From a virus (lineage: Duplodnaviria > Heunggongvirae > Uroviricota > Caudoviricetes): a stretch of 20,980 bases of DNA. Each line of letters opens with the position of its first letter. Positions within the stretch are counted from its first letter, which is position 1. The notes beneath the pieces are model-generated. The model ran no database searches. It had not been told where the DNA came from and saw only the letters and a list, made by a program, of their open reading frames with translations. The stretch lies in IMG/VR virus record IMGVR_UViG_2695420487_000014; one strand, given 5' to 3'. A program made the translations under genes and the position numbers. Shown in pieces: positions 17,578 to 20,980 of the stretch.

Positions 17578-18006
17578 ATGAAATTAGACCAGCAATATCT
17601 AAAAGATCTACTTATCGCATTCGAAAAAACTCATGGCCCTGACACGATGCTTAGTGAACTAGAGGATAATGGCTTTAATAGATATGACCAAAATTTTATT
17701 TTCCATATGCGATTATTATGCGACTACGAATTAATAGTCAGGGTTGATGGAAAACCTGGGTTCGGTCATATAATGTCCAACGAGTTAGGGGAAGGTGTTG
17801 GATATAGTTGGATCGAAGTACCACTGAGGTTGACAGCAAGAGGGCATGATTTTATTGCTGACTTGCGTCAAAAGGAGGTCTGGCAAACTATAAAAACAAA
17901 CTTTAAGGATGAGGGAATTAGTACACTAATAAGTGTTTCAAAATCACTAGCAAAAGGCTTTGCAAGGAAAAAGATAAAAGATATTACAGGAATAGATATT
18001 GAATAA
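17578..18006 (+). CDS. Cytoplasmic protein of unknown function, 142 aa, low GC (possible DUF2513-like fold)
   Basis: MKLDQQYLKDLLIAFEKTHGPDTMLSELEDNGFNRYDQNFIFHMRLLCDYELIVRVDGKPGFGHIMSNELGEGVGYSWIEVPLRLTARGHDFIADLRQKEVWQTIK...; no signal peptide; GGAGG Shine-Dalgarno upstream of the ATG. Confidence 0.6.
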   Translation: MKLDQQYLKDLLIAFEKTHGPDTMLSELEDNGFNRYDQNFIFHMRLLCDYELIVRVDGKPGFGHIMSNELGEGVGYSWIEVPLRLTARGHDFIADLRQKEVWQTIKTNFKDEGISTLISVSKSLAKGFARKKIKDITGIDIE

Positions 18007-18088
18007 TTCTTAGCATCAGCAACTACTGCCTTTGGTGGAAATTATATCTGAACTCGCTACGGCGAGTTTTGTTTTATGGAGATGATAA

Positions 18089-18256
18089 ATGCACTTCCGA
18101 GTCACAGGTGAATGGAATGGAGAACCATTCAACAGAGTTATCGAAGCAGAGAACATCAATGACTGCTATGACCACTGGATGATATGGGCGCAGATAGCAC
18201 ATGCAGACATAACCAATATTCGAATTGAAGAACTGAAAGAACACCAAGCCGCCTGA
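18089..18256 (+). CDS. Small 55-aa ORF immediately upstream of xis (position of lambda orf55)
   Basis: MHFRVTGEWNGEPFNRVIEAENINDCYDHWMIWAQIAHADITNIRIEELKEHQAA; GGAG Shine-Dalgarno 8 nt upstream; below the ORF-track size cutoff. Confidence 0.45.
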   Translation: MHFRVTGEWNGEPFNRVIEAENINDCYDHWMIWAQIAHADITNIRIEELKEHQAA

Positions 18257-18271
18257 TGGCGGTTTTTTCTT
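18248..18271 (+). terminator. Terminator-like hairpin GCCGCC-TGAT-GGCGG followed by TTTTTTCTT, overlapping the stop of the 55-aa ORF, ~25 nt upstream of xis
   Basis: GC stem plus T-run on the plus strand. Confidence 0.4.
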
Positions 18272-18295
18272 GCGTGTAATTGCGGAGACTTTGCG

Positions 18296-18514
18296 ATGTA
18301 CTTGACACTTCAGGAGTGGAACGCTCGCCAGCGACGCCCAAGAAGCCTTGAAACAGTTCGTCGATGGGTGCGCGAATGCAGGATATTCCCTCCTCCGGTT
18401 AAGGATGGAAGAGAATATCTGTTCCACGAATCAGCGGTAAAGGTTGACTTAAATCGACCAGTAACAGGTAGCCTTTTGAAGAGGATCAGAAATGGGAAGA
18501 AGGCGAAGTCATGA
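18296..18514 (+). CDS. xis: Excisionase Xis (lambda type), 72 aa
   Basis: MYLTLQEWNARQRRPRSLETVRRWVRECRIFPPPVKDGREYLFHESAVKVDLNRPVTGSLLKRIRNGKKAKS matches lambda Xis; 3' end overlaps the int start. Confidence 0.9.
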   Translation: MYLTLQEWNARQRRPRSLETVRRWVRECRIFPPPVKDGREYLFHESAVKVDLNRPVTGSLLKRIRNGKKAKS

Positions 18515-19562
18515 GCGCCGGGATTTACCCCCTAACCTTTATATAAGAAACAATGGATATTACTGCTACAGGGACCCAAGGACGGGTAAAGAGTTTGGAT
18601 TAGGCCGAGACAGGCGAATCGCAATCACTGAAGCTATACAGGCCAACATTGAGTTATTTTCAGGACACAAACACAAGCCTCTGACAGCGAGAATCAACAG
18701 TGATAATTCCGTTACGTTACATTCATGGCTTGATCGCTACGAAAAAATCCTGGCCAGCAGAGGAATCAAGCAGAAGACACTCATAAATTACATGAGCAAA
18801 ATTAAAGCAATAAGGAGGGGTCTGCCTGATGCTCCACTTGAAGACATCACCACAAAAGAAATTGCGGCAATGCTCAATGGATACATAGACGAGGGAAAGG
18901 CGGCATCAGCCAAGTTAATCAGATCAACACTGAGCGATGCATTCCGAGAGGCTATGGCTGAAGGCCATATAACAACAAACCCGGTCGCAGCCACTCGCGC
19001 TGCAAAATCAGAGGTAAGGAGATCAAGACTTACGGCTGACGAATACCTGAAAATTTATCAAGCAGCAGAATCATCACCATGTTGGCTTAGACTTGCAATG
19101 GAACTGGCTGTTGTTACCGGGCAGCGAGTTGGTGATTTATGCGAAATGAAGTGGTCTGATATCGTAGATGGATATCTTTATGTCGAGCAAAGCAAAACAG
19201 GCGTAAAAATTGCCATCCCAACAACATTGCATGTTGATGCTCTCGGGATATCAATGAAGGAAACACTTGATAAATGCAAAAAGATTCTTGGCGGAGAAAC
19301 CATAATTGCATCTACTCGTCGTGAACCGCTTTCATCCGGCACAGTATCAAGGTATTTTATGCGCGCACGAAAAGCATCAGGTCTCTCCTTCGAAGGGGAT
19401 CCGCCAACCTTTCACGAGTTGCGCAGTTTGTCTGCAAGACTCTATGAGAAGCAGATAAGCGATAAATTTGCTCAACATCTTCTCGGGCATAAGTCGGACA
19501 CCATGGCATCACAGTATCGTGATGACAGAGGCAGGGAGTGGGACAAAATTGAAATCAAATAA
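18492..19562 (+). CDS. int: Site-specific tyrosine recombinase Int (lambda integrase), 356 aa
   Basis: MGRRRSHERRDLPPNLYIRNNGYYCYRDPRTGKEFGLGRDRRIAITEAIQANIELFSGHKHKPLTARINSDNSVTLHSWLDRYEKILASRGIKQ...HELRSLSARLYEKQISDKFAQHLLGHKSDTMASQYRDDRGREWDKIEIK matches lambda Int nearly residue for residue, including the catalytic R-H-R-Y context. Confidence 0.95.
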   Translation: MGRRRSHERRDLPPNLYIRNNGYYCYRDPRTGKEFGLGRDRRIAITEAIQANIELFSGHKHKPLTARINSDNSVTLHSWLDRYEKILASRGIKQKTLINYMSKIKAIRRGLPDAPLEDITTKEIAAMLNGYIDEGKAASAKLIRSTLSDAFREAMAEGHITTNPVAATRAAKSEVRRSRLTADEYLKIYQAAESSPCWLRLAMELAVVTGQRVGDLCEMKWSDIVDGYLYVEQSKTGVKIAIPTTLHVDALGISMKETLDKCKKILGGETIIASTRREPLSSGTVSRYFMRARKASGLSFEGDPPTFHELRSLSARLYEKQISDKFAQHLLGHKSDTMASQYRDDRGREWDKIEIK

Positions 19563-19660
19563 TGATTTTATTTTGACTGATAGTGACCTGTTCGTTGCAA
19601 CAAATTGATAAGCAATGCTTTTTTATAATGCCAACTTAGTATAAAAAAGCAGGCTTCAAC
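19563..19660. other. attL: attL prophage-host junction: lambda P' arm (19563..19635), 15-bp core TTAGTATAAAAAAGC (19636..19650; reverse complement of GCTTTTTTATACTAA) and host B arm (AGGCTTCA)
   Basis: Sequence AATGATTTTATTTTGACTGATAGTGACCTGTTCGTTGCAACAAATTGATAAGCAATGCTTTTTTATAATGCCAAC TTAGTATAAAAAAGC AGGCTTCA matches lambda attP P' arm plus core, then the E. coli attB arm. Confidence 0.8.
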
Positions 19661-19696
19661 GGATTCATTTTTCTATTTCATAGCCCGGAGCAACCT

Positions 19697-20980
19697 GTGA
19701 ACACATTTTCAGTTTCCCGTCTGGCGCTGGCATTGGCTTTTGGCGTGACGCTGACCGCCTGTAGCTCAACCCCGCCCGATCAACGTCCTTCTGATCAAAC
19801 CGCGCCTGGTACCTCTTCTCGCCCGATTCTGTCGGCAAAAGAAGCGCAGAATTTCGATGCTCAACACTATTTTGCATCCCTGACACCAGGTGCTGCAGCG
19901 TGGAATCCTTCCCCGATTACCCTGCCTGCGCAACCTGACTTTGTTGTCGGCCCGGCGGGCACTCAAGGTGTAACGCATACCACGATTCAGGCGGCGGTAG
20001 ATGCGGCAATTATCAAGCGTACCAACAAGCGCCAGTATATTGCCGTGATGCCTGGTGAGTATCAGGGAACGGTATATGTCCCTGCCGCTCCGGGTGGAAT
20101 TACTCTGTACGGTACAGGTGAAAAACCGATTGATGTGAAGATTGGGCTTTCCCTTGATGGTGGCATGAGCCCTGCCGACTGGCGTCACGACGTCAACCCG
20201 CGCGGCAAATATATGCCAGGTAAACCAGCGTGGTATATGTACGATAGCTGCCAGAGCAAACGCAGCGACAGTATCGGTGTTCTCTGCTCTGCGGTCTTCT
20301 GGTCACAAAACAATGGCCTGCAACTGCAAAATCTGACCATCGAAAACACGCTGGGCGATAGCGTAGATGCAGGTAACCATCCGGCGGTGGCACTGCGTAC
20401 TGATGGTGACCAGGTACAGATTAACAACGTTAACATTCTCGGTCGTCAGAACACCTTCTTTGTCACCAACAGCGGTGTGCAGAACCGTCTGGAAACAAAT
20501 CGTCAGCCGCGTACGCTGGTGACCAACAGCTACATTGAAGGGGATGTGGATATCGTTTCTGGTCGCGGCGCAGTGGTGTTCGATAACACCGAATTCCGCG
20601 TGGTGAACTCACGTACTCAGCAAGAAGCGTATGTGTTTGCACCGGCTACGCTGTCCAACATTTACTACGGTTTCCTCGCCGTAAACAGCCGTTTCAATGC
20701 TTTCGGTGATGGTGTGGCGCAACTGGGCCGCTCGCTGGATGTTGATGCCAATACCAACGGTCAGGTGGTGATCCGTGATAGCGCCATCAACGAAGGTTTT
20801 AACACGGCTAAACCGTGGGCCGATGCGGTGATCTCTAATCGTCCGTTTGCGGGTAATACCGGCAGCGTAGATGATAACGACGAAATACAGCGCAATCTGA
20901 ATGACACTAACTACAACCGCATGTGGGAATACAATAACCGCGGCGTGGGTAGTAAAGTGGTTGCAGAGGCGAAGAAGTAA
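19697..20980 (+). CDS. ybhC: Host outer-membrane lipoprotein YbhC (pectinesterase-like / acyl-CoA thioesterase), 427 aa, complete
   Basis: GTG start with GGAG Shine-Dalgarno; lipobox LTAC; MNTFSVSRLALALAFGVTLTACSSTPPDQRPSDQTAPGTSS... matches E. coli YbhC, the gene that flanks attB-lambda on the gal side. Confidence 0.9.
   Translation: MNTFSVSRLALALAFGVTLTACSSTPPDQRPSDQTAPGTSSRPILSAKEAQNFDAQHYFASLTPGAAAWNPSPITLPAQPDFVVGPAGTQGVTHTTIQAAVDAAIIKRTNKRQYIAVMPGEYQGTVYVPAAPGGITLYGTGEKPIDVKIGLSLDGGMSPADWRHDVNPRGKYMPGKPAWYMYDSCQSKRSDSIGVLCSAVFWSQNNGLQLQNLTIENTLGDSVDAGNHPAVALRTDGDQVQINNVNILGRQNTFFVTNSGVQNRLETNRQPRTLVTNSYIEGDVDIVSGRGAVVFDNTEFRVVNSRTQQEAYVFAPATLSNIYYGFLAVNSRFNAFGDGVAQLGRSLDVDANTNGQVVIRDSAINEGFNTAKPWADAVISNRPFAGNTGSVDDNDEIQRNLNDTNYNRMWEYNNRGVGSKVVAEAKK

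Noticed and set aside
18074-18427. Minus-strand ORFs 18074..18427 and 18156..18341 overlapping the 55-aa ORF and xis
   Set aside because: They are antisense to xis, whose identity is unambiguous.
19665-20436. Minus-strand ORFs antisense to ybhC (19665..19886, 19766..20188, 20185..20436, 20193..20393)
   Set aside because: They are antisense to a complete, well-conserved host gene; Arg-rich composition is typical of GC-rich antisense frames.
1-20980. CRISPR array or other spacer-repeat structure
   Set aside because: No regularly spaced direct repeats were seen; the only repetitive stretch is the coding Ala/Ser-rich repeat inside stf.

Overview
This window is the int-proximal half of a defective, mosaic lambdoid prophage (lambda/DLP12/phage-21-like) integrated at the lambda attachment site next to host ybhC, in an E. 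coli-type chromosome. All calls rest on reading the translations and DNA against remembered lambda, DLP12 and IS2 sequences; no database search was possible. From high to low coordinates: ybhC (+), attL with the lambda core, intact lambda-type int and xis, an exo-xis accessory region carrying low-GC cargo genes (142-aa cytoplasmic protein, 204-aa secreted protein), a bet remnant (5' truncated plus 1-bp frameshift) and an 18-codon exo stub. The immunity and replication region is absent; in its place sits a translationally coupled two-lipoprotein operon, one member SlyB/Pcp-like. Below that lie a DLP12-like nin module (ylcH-ybcN-ninE-ybcO-rusA-ylcG-Q), an intact nmpC porin moron, a phage-21-type pinholin/SAR-endolysin cassette with lambda-type Rz/Rz1, bor, ybcV/ybcW/ylcI homologues and an apparently intact cos site. 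A deletion has fused Nu1 codon 120 out of frame to the middle of stf, removing all head and tail genes; stf also carries an internal frameshift, and tfa is intact. The left 3 kb holds an AT-rich ORF-free stretch with a strong terminator, a 62-nt tRNA-Ser 3' fragment, an AppY/EnvY-like AraC regulator, and an IS2-like remnant abutting an oppositely oriented IS3-family element. No CRISPR array and no complete RNA gene were found. The two best candidates for an undescribed function are the lipoprotein pair and the exo-xis cargo genes.
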